Source: Octopus bimaculoides
Lineage: Eukaryota
Direction: 5' to 3'
Length of the DNA: 64,000 nucleotides
NCBI RefSeq assembly: GCF_001194135.2
Contig: NC_068996.1
Span: 6,535,152 to 6,599,151 of the forward strand
The notes beneath the pieces are model-generated. The model was not told the origin of the DNA. It saw only the letters and a program-made list of their open reading frames with translations, and did no database searches. Position numbers and translations under genes: made by a program. This document shows, in pieces, positions 26,818 through 39,398 of the stretch (the first letter of the stretch is position 1; each line of letters starts with the position of its first letter).

Positions 26818-27141
26818 TTAACCCTTTGGCATTTAAACCTGCCATATCAGGCTGAAATATTCTACTTGTTTTATGTTCAAACTAGCCGGATCTGGCCTCT
26901 CACACCTATCTTACAGTGTCAATCTAAAAATAATCATCTCATCAAAATCTCATCATCATCATCATCATTTAACGTCCGCTTTCCATGCTAGCATGGGTTG
27001 GACGATTTGACTGAGGACTGGTGAAACCGGATGGCAACACCAGGCTCCCTCAAAGTAACAAAATAATGCAAGATTAATTCAAAACAATGGGAATAAATAA
27101 GAATTATATTTGACAGAGTAATCTGAATGTTGAAGAGATAA
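26818..27141. mobile_element. piggyBac-like MITE interrupted by an RTE 3' tail (26951-27047, minus)
   Basis: TTAA|CCCTTTGGCATT start; body aligns with 57190-57418; the RTE tail splits it. Confidence 0.7.
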
Positions 27142-28234
27142 ACAAGATGAGAGAATTGGGTGTACAAGGAATCAGATGTAGCATGCAAGAAAGGCAGTCA
27201 GAATGGTATAGATGTGATGTATAAGGAGATTGACTGTAAAAGAAAAAATGTGTTTAACAATACAAATGGAAGGAAATAGCCAAAGTGGAAAACCAAGAAA
27301 GACATGAGAAGTGGTGAAGTCTGATCTATGAAAGAAATGACCTTTTATAATGAAATACCAAGGAGAAAACACAGCTAACATATGTAATCATGGTAAAACA
27401 GTCACAATGATTATATATGTATACACACACACATATATATATATATGTGTGTTTGCAGATGTGGTTGTGGTAAGAAGTATGCTTCCCAACCACATGGTTC
27501 TGTCCCACTGCGTGGTACCTTGAGTAAGTGTTTTACAATAGTCTAGACCAATGAAAACCTAGTGTAGATTTGGTAAATGGAAACTGAAAGAAGCCTGTTG
27601 TGTGTGTGTTTGTCTCTTTTTTCTTGACATTGGATGATAGTTGTAAAAGCATACAAATGACATAGAATGTCATTCCTTTTCAATATTTTGTGAGAACATG
27701 TCTGGCCACGGGAAGATATTCCTTGCTCAGAAACAGGTGAGGGTTGGTAATAGGAAAGGAATCCGGCCACAAAAAATTCTACTTTAAATAAACTGTCCAC
27801 ACCATGCATGGAAAAGTGGAGTTTATATACATACACACACACTACATATATATATATATATATATATAATCCAAGAGAGTTAGGGGTTGAGGATTCAACC
27901 CACTAAGGGATAGTATCTATCCAATATACTGCTGGGAGGGTACCCAATTATTGTTACACTAGTGTTATACCAAGTGCAATAAGTGGGTGCGGGTAAAAGG
28001 GGGTTATTTTACCCTAAATTTATATAGCAATGAGAAAATGGAGGAGAATTGCTAAATGTCCTTTATATTTGAAATCTTAATTGTTGATATGACATGGTAT
28101 GTCATAAGTGTCTGTATATTGTGTTTTTTGTCAATTTAGTTATAAAATAAACAGATTAATCAACGGAATACATTGTCTGCAAGTCGATGGGTACCACATA
28201 TTCTCCTCTGTTTGTATCTTATATATATATATGT

Positions 28235-28279
<45 letters not shown>

Positions 28280-28406
28280 ATACAAAGACTTGTAAAAATT
28301 CCAAAGATTTTGATCAGAAATGGATTGCCATTTATGTCTACAAAAAGTACCTAACACACTCCCAAATGATTGATGCCATAGAACTTAAGTCATTATTTTA
28401 CTGTAC
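28280..28406 (+). CDS. Candidate exon (TKTCKNSKDFDQKWIAIYVYKKYLTHSQMIDAIELKSLFYC)
   Basis: 41 open codons ending at a perfect AC|GTAAGT donor; acceptor follows a (TA)n tract. Confidence 0.38.
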
Positions 28407-28509
28407 GTAAGTAAAATAATATACATTAGGCGCATTTTCAGCACTTGTTTATTTATTTTCATTCTTTGTTATTCTACCTACCCTTTTTCTCTGGTCTCTT
28501 CACTCAAAG

Positions 28510-28588
28510 ATTATTTCCAAATAACAAGTGCCTTAAATTCACGAATGAGATCCAACAGTACTTTTTGGTACACAATCTAAAGTTTTAA
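28510..28588 (+). CDS. Candidate terminal exon (LFPNNKCLKFTNEIQQYFLVHNLKF*)
   Basis: 103-nt intron with a strong pyrimidine tract (ccctttttctctggtctcttcactcaaAG); phase matches the upstream exon. Confidence 0.35.
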
Positions 28589-28738
28589 TGATATTCACCT
28601 CTTTAACATTTCAAGTGTCCATACCTGGCCCAAATATTCAACTAGCCAGATTCAACCTCTCACACCTAACTCACAATGTCACTCTAAAAATAAACAATCA
28701 CATCATCAATATTAATGGGTTAATTAGGGTCGTGTGTA

Positions 28739-28789
<51 letters not shown>

Positions 28790-29065
28790 NNNNNNNNNNN
28801 NNNNNNNNNNNNNNNNNNNNNNNNNNNNNNNNNNNNNNNNNNNNNNNNNNNNNNNNNNNNNNNNNNNNNNNNNNNNNNNNNNNNNNNNNNNNNNNNNNNN
28901 NNNNNNNNNNNNNNNNNNNNNNNNNNNNNNNNNNNNNNNNNNNNNNNNNNNNNNNNNNNNNNNNNNNNNNNNNNNNNNNNNNNNNNNNNNNNNNNNNNNN
29001 NNNNNNNNNNNNNNNNNNNNNNNNNNNNNNNNNNNNNNNNNNNNNNNNNNNNNNNNNNNNNNNNN

Positions 29066-29106
<41 letters not shown>

Positions 29107-29202
29107 TAATGTCTTTTCTATACAAGTCAAATGATTTGTTATAATCCATTTCCTTCTTTACCCTATATGTAACTAAAATGGGACTTAGAAAATCTTAGGG
29201 TT

Positions 29203-29364
29203 TCACTGCCGTTCAAAGTTGTCCATATCACCATCATACTTTCTTCTTTTGGCAAACTTTCTTGGAGGGATAAAATTCCCAATACGGTTGCTTTGCAAAT
29301 ATGGTATTGATAAGCGTACGACTTTCTCTGTCAGATGGACAATATCGCCAAAATCACGTTTCAT
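29203..29364 (-). CDS. Candidate exon (MKRDFGDIVHLTEKVVRLSIPYLQSNRIGNFIPPRKFAKRRKYDGDMDNFERQ*)
   Basis: tacttcatttcaacAG acceptor; only frame 0 is open; balanced amino-acid composition with a basic cluster. Product unknown. Confidence 0.4.
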   Translation of the reverse strand: MKRDFGDIVHLTEKVVRLSIPYLQSNRIGNFIPPRKFAKRRKYDGDMDNFERQ

Positions 29365-31199
29365 CTGTTGAAATGAAGTAGTAATAAGTATTAATTCCAT
29401 TAATAATCTTAATATCACGTCCACTCTTTAAAAAACGAATTTTTCATGAGTCCTCATTTGACCAAATGGATATGTAGATAAAATAAAGCATATTCAAGAA
29501 GAAAAATAAGGGGAAACTAAATTATAACTGCCATTCAACATCTCGACATATTCTTTCGTTGACATCATTTGAATTAACCCAGTTAAAATACCGTTATGCA
29601 TTGAACCATCATCCCTTAACCTGCTAAGAAATAGCAACTAATTCTCCCTCTTATTTATATTCTACTATTTTAAATGAACAAGGACTTTATGAAATCCTAC
29701 AAAGTTATACCGCCTCTGAAAGCAATATGGGAAGATCATATCTAGAATGCATTTGGTCATAGCTGGGGCTAAACAAACAAACACCAACGACCGTTATACA
29801 ATTATCTGCATAGAGAGAAAAATATTGCCATTGATTTTTTGTGCTTCTGTGTGACTGAGTGAATTCGTTTACATGTCAACAGGTGAAATTCATACTTCTT
29901 TCTGGAGTGAAGCTATTAACTAAGCCTGATTAGAACAATGAAGTTGAACTGAATTTTATTTTTTTTTTAAATGGAAAATTGCATTAAATAAAACTAAAAC
30001 ATTGTAACTAAATTAAAGTGTTCCCGAAGTAAACATGTTCGAGTTTCTCTCTCTCTCTCTCTAAGCGACAAACTGTTATGTACATGTCAGAACTATGACT
30101 AAGTTCCAAACTATAGCATTTGAGATACCTGAGGGAAAGTTAATGCAAACAGTCACCTGTACTTTGCAAACAAAAGTGAAAGATAGGTGCAACTGAAGAA
30201 AAGAAAGGCGGTTATTTCACATATATTCAAACAAAAATTACACACACACATAATATATATACATATATATTAGAGAAAATCGATATATTCACTTTGCTAG
30301 TGTATTTTGGATATAATCAATTACGTTTCCCGAAATGATTTTGCTTATTTTATTTCTTTTCTTTTTACCTTTTGAAAACTACTTCGTTCAGTCACACCTC
30401 CAATTAAAGAAAATACTTCTTCCTGATGGTGGTGGTGGCAGCGGAGTGTAGTATGAGGAGAGGGCGGGAGTATAATAACAAAACAAAAATATTTTGATGT
30501 ATGGTTATGACAGGATTCGTAAATAAATATACACATATATGTGTGTGTGTGTATGTATGTATTGCAGGTGTATGTGTTCAAACAAATAATAATATACAGA
30601 CGCACACAGATAGAGTATAAGGGTTTTAGTTTGGGTTTTAAAAAAATATGTAATTACAGTGATCACTCTGGTCACAGGTATTAATTAATTATTGCAGCTG
30701 TCATTATAGGCACCACCGACACCAACAAAGGCTGGCACCTAGATCAATATCATTAACATTTTAAGAAATGAGAAAGTTTAGATTTAGTAATGTAAATTTG
30801 TAACATAAATCTCTGACAACTAAAAAGAATATTTATTTCAATAACTGTTAGATGAGACCTTACAAATTAAAATAAAGTGGGGGTGGGGATACAAAAATAT
30901 CGAAATAACTATTTGAAGGTCGATATAATGAAAGAAAAGCTAAGTCTTATGAATGTACTTTAGTTCTTAGATATATATATATAATGTGCAGAAAGTATTA
31001 AACGAGTTGTTTTACCGAATCGTATTGAACTATCAAACTCAAGTAGAACCAAGTTACTTAAATCAGAAATCAAAACAAGAATAAAAAAATGCAATACCAA
31101 ATAAATGTAAAGTCGAGATTCGGGAAATATAGTCAAAATATCATAATAAATCTTCATTACTTTAGAAAGATCAAAAAGAAAAAGGTAACGTTAGGAACA

Positions 31200-31245
<46 letters not shown>

Positions 31246-31927
31246 NNNNNNNNNNNNNNNNNNNNNNNNNNNNNNNNNNNNNNNNNNNNNNNNNNNNNNN
31301 NNNNNNNNNNNNNNNNNNNNNNNNNNNNNNNNNNNNNNNNNNNNNNNNNNNNNNNNNNNNNNNNNNNNNNNNNNNNNNNNNNNNNNNNNNNNNNNNNNNN
31401 NNNNNNNNNNNNNNNNNNNNNNNNNNNNNNNNNNNNNNNNNNNNNNNNNNNNNNNNNNNNNNNNNNNNNNNNNNNNNNNNNNNNNNNNNNNNNNNNNNNN
31501 NNNNNNNNNNNNNNNNNNNNNNNNNNNNNNNNNNNNNNNNNNNNNNNNNNNNNNNNNNNNNNNNNNNNNNNNNNNNNNNNNNNNNNNNNNNNNNNNNNNN
31601 NNNNNNNNNNNNNNNNNNNNNNNNNNNNAAGGAAATATTTACAAGCTAAATAAAGTATTTTGTTTTGTTTGTCATTTCCTCTATGAAGCTTTTTATCATC
31701 GCTTCTTTCCTTTCCTTTCTTTATGACTAAATGAAAATAATTTTGTGTAAGTATATTTAGTTGAGGGCTGGACTTCCCTCGACCACTATCATGCACGTGT
31801 TTCACATGCGCGCGCACTACACCTTTTCATCCTTTCTTTTTGTTTATTTATTTCATTTTTGACATTCTCAAACGTATTGGTATATTAGATATGAGTAGGG
31901 TGTGAGTCCAGCATTACTATTATTAAG

Positions 31928-31974
<47 letters not shown>

Positions 31975-34340
31975 TTTCTCCTTGTCTCATTCACTTTTTG
32001 ACACAAACACATGTTATCTTAATGTTTTGTTCCGATTTTTTTTTAATTGCCTTTCATACATTAGGAGGGGGGGATCAATAAAATAAAGTACTAGTTATGT
32101 ATTAGGATCGATGGTATCGACTCCCTCATTCAACACTGCTTTAATTAGAAACAACTTCGTTTTACCTTTCATCTTTTCGGGGTCGATAAAATAAGTATCA
32201 ATTGAGCACTAGGGTCAATGTAAAGCGACTAACTTCATCCCTAAAAATTACTGGCCCTGTATCAAAATTTATAACTACTTTTGTTATCATAATTTTATAT
32301 ATATATATATATATTTTCCATACCTTTTTTTTTTTTACATAATCAATTCTGCGTAACCCCTTCTCTTACCCTTTTTTAATAATTTGTCCTTGCATTGCCT
32401 CCATTCATGCTTCGCCCTCGTAACAGAGTAAAGAAATAACAATTACTATTATTAGCCCTAGGTAACATCCCCGTCCCCGTCTCATACATACACTATTGAG
32501 AATTATCATTCCATTCCGTTTGTATAAGATTTTTTTCCTTTTTGTGTGTGTGTTTTTCTTTCCATATTTGATTCCGCATAACCCTTTTCCCAACAACTGT
32601 TTTTTTTTTAATTAGTCCATGTTATGGCCACTCATTCGATGACCTTGTGGCAAATAGATTATTATTATTATCATCATCATCATTATTATTATCATTGTTG
32701 TTGTTATTGATATTTTGTGTATGTATGTATGTTTAAATTATTAGAGGCCAATATTTTAAGCAGGTACAACTCAACTGACAAACTTGTAAAACTTTTCCTA
32801 GATATCAATATCTGTCTTGAATTATAATCCCCTCCCTTTCTAATTTGTCTATTTTTATTTTACTGTCTAATCCCCTCTCACAGCCTACTCACCTTTTGCT
32901 TTCTAAATTACTCACTTTGAATCGTATTGTCAACACAGTAAACGAAGTGTTGGGTAGGCATTATTTCTCTGATATTAAACAATTAAATCAAAGAATATTT
33001 TTTATTACTTTACTTCTTTTTTTTTTTTTACTTGACACTAGATTGGAGAGACTAAAACCTAACGTGTTTGTCTGTTTTGTTTTTTCTTGATTTAGTTGAT
33101 ACATTCATTGCTAAAGTTTCAGTTGAACTTGTCTGTAAATTTATTTAATCATGATGATCTTTCGAACTTTGTACATATAATATGGCGAACAAAAGGAAAC
33201 AATATTTCTCTGATTATAAAAAAAAAAAGATAAAGAATCTTTCACAATCAAGAAAAAGATAATAATGACACGAAATGTCGATTGCGGTCAGTTTAGTTTC
33301 ATCTTTTATCTTTTACTCGCTTCTGTCATTGCACTGCGGTCATGTTGGAGCACAACCTTGAAGTGTTTTAATGGAACGAATCGACCCTAGTAATTATTTA
33401 TAAGTCGGGTATTTATTTTAACGATTCCTTTTGCCGAACCGCTACTTCCTTTTTTTTCTCTTTTGAATTAGTGCAGTTTCACTTTATCCGAATTGCTCTA
33501 TGGACTAAGTTCGAAAGATAAACTTCATTCATTTTATTTAAATTTCGATACTTATTGATAAATAAATAAGCATTTTATTTTCGGCTATTATTTTGTTCCT
33601 GTTAATGCACGTCTAATTTCTTTATCGTTTGCTTGTTTCACTCATCGGACTGCGGCCATGCTGGTGCACCTTTTTGAAAGGGTTTTAAGCGAACAAATCG
33701 ACACCAGTACTTGTATATATTTTTTAAACTGTGGTACTTATCCTAACGGTCTCTTTCGTGACGCATCGCTAAGTTACAGGGACATAAACAAACCAACACC
33801 GATTGTCAAGCAGTGGTGAGACACATACACATATGTACCAAATTCCATGTACCAAATTCACTTACAGGCATTGGTCTGTCTGGAACTATTGTAGAAGACA
33901 CTTGCCCAAGATGCTTTGCATAAACAAGCTTTTCTTTTTTGTTCATTAATATTCAGTGCTGTCTGTAATTTGTTTAGTTCAGCTAATTAATGTTATTTCT
34001 CTTGTTTGTTTGTTTTCTTTTATCCTTTTTTTGTCCCAGAGATTATCAAATTTAGTAAAGATAAAATGAGGGAGAAGGCAGTTTTACCTCATGGATTTGA
34101 AAATTAACTGTATGTTGTAACAAGTAGCGAAACCTCACAATGACATTTTTTTACAAAAGACAATTTCACAGATTTTCATAATTTTTTTCACACATTCCAT
34201 CAAATATCTCAGTGCAAACTGTACCTACAGGAGACATTGAGAAAGTATTGCTGAAGCAGAAAATATCATTTCTATTTTGGGGTGAATAATTAACATCATT
34301 ACAGAAATAACCATGAAATTTTATTACGCCATCAAAGGAT

Positions 34341-35005
34341 TCATCGTCGTCGTTTAACGTCCGCTTTCCATGCTGGCGTGGGTTGGACGATTTGACTGAG
34401 GACTGGTGAGCCAGAAGGCTGCACCAGGCTCCAATCTGATCTGGCAAAGTTTCTACAGCTGGATGCCCTTCCTAACGCCAACCACTCCGATAGTGTAGTG
34501 GGTTCTTTTACGTGCCACTGGCACGAGGGCCAGTCAGGCGGTACTGGCAACGACCACGCTCAAAAGGTGTTTTTACGTGCTACCTGCATGGGAGCCTATC
34601 TGGCGGCACTGGCAACGACCACGCTCGAATGTTGTTTTTCCTGTGCCAGTAAGGCGACGCTGGCACCGATCACGCTCGAATGGTGCTTTTTACGTGCCAT
34701 TGGCATGGAAGCCAGTCAGCGACCCTGGCAACAATCACGCTCAGATGGTACTTTTAACGTTCCACTGGCATGAGTGCCAATCAGGCGGTACTGTCATCAG
34801 CCACGTCAGCGATTTTGATTTCACTTGTCTCAACAGGTCTCCGCAAGAAAAGTTTATTGTCCAATGAATGAAGGGTACTCATAAGTGGGCTGGTTATACA
34901 CCACTGGCATAGGCCACGGGTTATGGTCTCACTTGACTTGTTGGGTCTTCTCAAGCACAGCATATCTCCAAAGGTCTCGATCACTAGTCATTATCTCAGA
35001 GACAA
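34341..35005 (-). mobile_element. RTE LINE 3' fragment with an expanded UTR subrepeat array
   Basis: Tail near 34341, about 5 UTR subrepeats, and the ORF end (MTSDRDLWRYAVLEKTQQVK*). Confidence 0.88.
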
Positions 35006-35289
35006 ATCAGTGTTGGCAGAAGAGATATTCTTTCAGGAATATGAATGATAATAAATTCTTGATGAATGGGGGTGAGGTGGGGAATTGTCTGAGGAGACAG
35101 TGGTAGCAGGTTTATGCCAGTAAAAGATACTTAGTGGCATTTTTTGCAACTCTTTATGTTCTGAATTCAAATGCTGCCAAGGTTAAGTTTACCTTTCATC
35201 ACTTCAGTATTGATAAAATAAATACCAACTGAGTATTGAGGGAGGGGGTCAATGTAATTAACTTACTCTTCCCTTTAAAATTGCTAGCG

Positions 35290-35720
35290 CTGCACCAAGC
35301 TTAGAAAGAGTTAAAGGAACTTGTGGAAGAGGTAGACCCAGGAAGACATAGGATGAGGTGGTGGAATACAATCTTCGGATGTTGAGGCGATTGCAAGTGA
35401 CCGAGACTGTTGGTGATTTTCTGTGCTTGAGAAGACACGTCAGGCCAGTGCTGGTGACATGTAAAAGGCAGCCATGCCAGGGACACATAAAAGGCAACTG
35501 TGCCAGTGACACATTAAAGGCACTCTTGCTGGTGACATGTGAAAGGTACCTGATACACTGTGGAGTTGTTGGTGTTAGGAAGAGCATCCAGCCATAGAAA
35601 CGAAGCCAAAACAGACTGGAGCCTGGTGCAGATCTCCAGCTTACCAGTTCCAGTCAAACTGTTTAACCCATGCCAGCATGGATAAACAGATGCTAAATGA
35701 TGATGGTGATAATGAGGATC
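35290..35720 (+). mobile_element. Older RTE 3' fragment
   Basis: KGTCGRGRPRKT*DEVV, then degenerate UTR and tail. Confidence 0.8.
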
Positions 35721-35919
35721 ATGATGATTATTGCACTGGATCCAATGTAATCAGCTATCTCTCTCCCTATAAAATTAATGGCCTTGAGCCCAAATACGAA
35801 TCAATTATTAGGAGTTCAAATGCTGCCGAGGACAACTTTGCCTTTCTCATAGGAAGAAAGGCAAAGCTGACCTCTTTTGAAATGGATATCAAATAATATG
35901 AAAAGGAAAAAAAAAAGAC

Positions 35920-36135
35920 GTAAAGGCGGCGAGCCGGCAGAATCGTTAACACAACGGGTACATCGCTTAGAAGCATTTTGTCCGTTTTTACATTCTGTGT
36001 TCAAATTCTTCTAAGGTCGACTCTGCTTTTCATCCTTTCATGGTTGATGACATAAGTACTCGTTGAACAATGGAGTTGATGTAATAAGACTTACCTTTCC
36101 CCTAAAATCACTGGTCTTGTGCCAAAAGTTGAAAT
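35920..36135 (+). mobile_element. SINE-2 (tRNA head; ctttcatcctt...gata central domain)
   Basis: ggcggcgagccggcagaatcgttaac head, B-box gttcaaatt; many CpGs retained. Confidence 0.8.
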
Positions 36136-37576
36136 CAATATGAAAGAAGACGTTAAAATTCAGACAGTAGTTACGATTTATAAAACAAAGTCTATGAAAA
36201 AGTTGACTTTAAGAAAAGAAATTACATGGGACAATGGAAACAATAAAATTTCTACAAATCGTTATTTGTAAGACTTTAAACCGGACGAGATAAAGTGTAT
36301 GTGTGTGTGTGCGTGTGATAAAATGTTTAAGACTATATATTTGTTAATAACTTGCAAGGGAACGTAGAACCGAAACGTTATGAAAACTTTAAATGAAACG
36401 TTAAACATGAAAGAAAGTTTAAGTTAAAAGACTACTTATTGTTTAAATAATAATTAAAGAGAGCTATAGATATGGAAATAGAGGCAAATATGTGGGAAAA
36501 TACTTCAAGTTCATTCAAATTCACTCCCAAACATTTCTTTGTTTATTGACGTATACAAAAACAATGGTGGCAGAAATAACGAAAAACTAAATAGATTAAT
36601 GTTTAGTCATACAATGTCTTGTGCGCGTGTATATATATATGCGTATAAAAATATATTGTTTTTGTCGGTTGTTTCATGTGTTCGAGAATTAAAATTTCTT
36701 CCTAGTTTCTTCATACTGATGGCTGGGCAGATTTAATATTTATGCTAAACAGATAAGAACAAAAACAATGATCTGGTCAAAAAGATGTCGGTCGTTGTTT
36801 ACATTCTTTATGTTCTTCAACATTTCTGTCTTTTGACTTCAAAAAATGTCAGTTTCGATGTTGTTAGAGTGATGTCATTTGAAATGCTTCTGGACTTCAG
36901 TTTCTCATACATTTTTGTCTCAATTCCAACCAATTTGAGGATTGATTTTAACTAATCTTTTTAATTGTGAAAAGAACATTTTTGGAGCTTATTCCAAATG
37001 GTTAATTCACTGTAACGGATTTGATGAGAATATCTGTCATTCTAACCACATTACCTAAACTATTATTACCAGAGTTCCATTATGGTAGATTCTATGTGTT
37101 GGCTGTTGGCTTTTCTTAGGACAGCAATGTTGGTTATGTAGACATACTCATTATTTGATGTTTAAGATGGTGCAGAACTTTTGTTGATGGAATTATTCCA
37201 CTTTTTTTTATATCCAGCTGATAAAATGTCCATGTTTCACAAGCTACAATGATGACAGCTCGTACATGACCTTTTTTGCTCTCATTTTTTTTTTGTGTGT
37301 GTGTATTAGCTCTTTGTTCTTAAAAACCTGCTTTGTCATTTATTCAAGTTTGGAATTTTGTGCTGGTGCCATGTAAAAAGCACCCAGTACACTATGTAAA
37401 GTGGTTAGTGTTATGAGGGACATCCAGCTGTAGAAACCATACCAAAATGGACAAATGGGGCCTGGTGTAGTTCTCTGGCATACCAACTCCAGTCAAACTG
37501 TCCAACCCATGCCAGCATGGCCAAAGGATATTTGATGATGATGATGATCTCTTTTCTTTTCAGAAGTAAATTTAAA

Positions 37577-37790
37577 GATGCAGTTATTATCACCATCTTC
37601 AGGAAAGAAGATTGAAAATCTTGCAGGAATTATTGGGGAATAACATTGTTTCTCTTCATAGGAAAAATCTTTGCAAAAAATCCTTCTAAACTATCTCCAG
37701 ATCATTACAGAAAGGTTCTTCCTGAATTTCAGTGCAGTTTTCATGCCTCTCATGGAACGATTGACATGATTTTCTGTGTGAGACAAACGT
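37577..37790 (+). mobile_element. RTE (BovB-like) RT N-terminal fragment
   Basis: DAVIITIF..CRNYWGITLFLFIGKIFAK...VLPEFQCSFHASHGTIDMIFCVRQ. Confidence 0.8.
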
Positions 37791-37959
37791 TTTTTTTTTT
37801 TGTTTCATTGTATAAGCATGATGGCTTCTCTTCACCCATACTTCTTCATGAGGTTTCTTCATCATATAATAGTAAGATCCAACATTTTGGAGAGCTGTCT
37901 TAAGACACATCTGTACACTTCATCAATTATAATGATAATAATGGTGATGGTGATGATTT

Positions 37960-38782
37960 CTAATTTAGGTACAAGGCCAATGATTTTCAAAGGCAGGGTT
38001 AGTTGATACCATCTACTCCAATAATTGACTGGTACTTCATTTTAGTGACCTCAGTAGGACTTGAACTCAGGATATAAAGAGCCACAATAAAGTAAAGTAC
38101 ATTTTTGATGCTCTAAATAGTAATAATAATTCTTTTTATTGTAAGCATAAGGATTGAAATTTGGTGGGGAGAAGCTAGTCTATGATATCAACTTCTGTGC
38201 TCAACTGATCCTTATTTTATTGATTCTATAAGGATGACAGGAAACACTGACTTTTGCAGCATTTGAACTCAGACAGTAAAGAGCTAGAAGAACTGCAGCG
38301 AAGCATGTTGTCCAACACAGTAATGATTCTTCCAGCTCATAACCTTGGTTTAAAATTTTGGCACAGGACCAGCAATTTTAGGGGATGGAATCAGTTAATT
38401 ACATCAACTGCAATACCTGACATATCTTTTTGGCTCCAAAAGGATGGAAGACCAAGTTGACCTTGGTGGTATTTGAATTCAGACTGTAAAGAGCCAGAAG
38501 AAATGCTGCTAAGCATTTTGTCCTATGTGCTAATGATATTGCCAGCTTACTGCTGTAATAATAATGAGGACGGATGGTTTGAAATTTTCGCACAGAACCA
38601 ACAATTTTTGATGGAAGAGAGATGATGATTATGTCAGTCCCAGTGCTCAACTCAACTGGTACTTATTTCATTGATCCCAAAAGGACGAAAGGCAAAGCTA
38701 ACCTCAGTGGAATTTGGATTCAGAAGATAAAGATGGACAAAATGCCACAAGCATTTTAATGATTTTTTCCAGTTTGTTGCCC

Positions 38783-38829
<47 letters not shown>

Positions 38830-38843
38830 TTAATAATAATAAT

Positions 38844-38876
<33 letters not shown>

Positions 38877-39092
38877 CCTTTCTACTAAAGGCACAAGGCC
38901 TGAAATTTTGTTGGGGGGGGGGACTTGTTGATTACATTGACTCCAGTGTTTCACTGGTACTTAATGTATTAACCCTGAAAGGATGAAAGGCAAAGTTGAC
39001 CTTGGCAGAATTTGAACCCAGAACATAAGGATGGACAAAATACTGCTAAGCATTTTGTCTAGCGCACTAACAATTCTGCCAGCTTGCTGCTT
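37960..39092 (-). mobile_element. Head-to-tail array of five SINE-2 copies with an (AAT)n tract at 38785-38877
   Basis: Units start near 37960, 38130, 38345, 38580 and 38878, all in the same orientation and differently diverged. Confidence 0.8.
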
Positions 39093-39242
39093 TTATAATC
39101 ATAATAACAACAACAACAACGAATTTCAGTACAGTGTTTATAAGAGAGAATATGTAGGTGTGTTCGTATTAAAAAAAAAACGCTAATCATTATAGGTTAA
39201 TACCTACCCTCATTTCTGTTGATGTCCTGCATACCTGCTTAC

Positions 39243-39398
39243 TTAATAATTAAAATGACATTATTTGGGCAATGCAGGAGAAGATAGCGAGAGACTGCTA
39301 CTATTGATAATGATGGACCTGGTGTTGGAGAGAATGAAACTGGGGTTGAACAGTCAGAATTTGAATCAGCTCCTGTTGTTGCTTCTGAAAATAATTTC
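39243..39398 (-). CDS. Candidate 156-nt S/T/P-rich exon (KLFSEATTGADSNSDCSTPVSFSPTPGPSLSIVAVSRYLLLHCPNNVILII)
   Basis: tcttgatgttgtttattgcAG acceptor, GTAAGC donor, frame-preserving length, one open frame. Confidence 0.3.

Larger units (their letters stand above)
27900..37300. promoter_or_regulatory. CpG-retaining (putatively unmethylated) domain
   Basis: By eye, CG is frequent in unique DNA and in SINE copies here but mostly TG/CA in the flanks; GCACGTG and TGCGCGCGCA at 31793-31816. Not quantified. Confidence 0.45.

Noticed and set aside
28280-28360. Minus-strand CRHKWQSISDQNLW resembling an F-box end
   Set aside because: The C-W spacing is off by one and the splice signals favour the plus strand.
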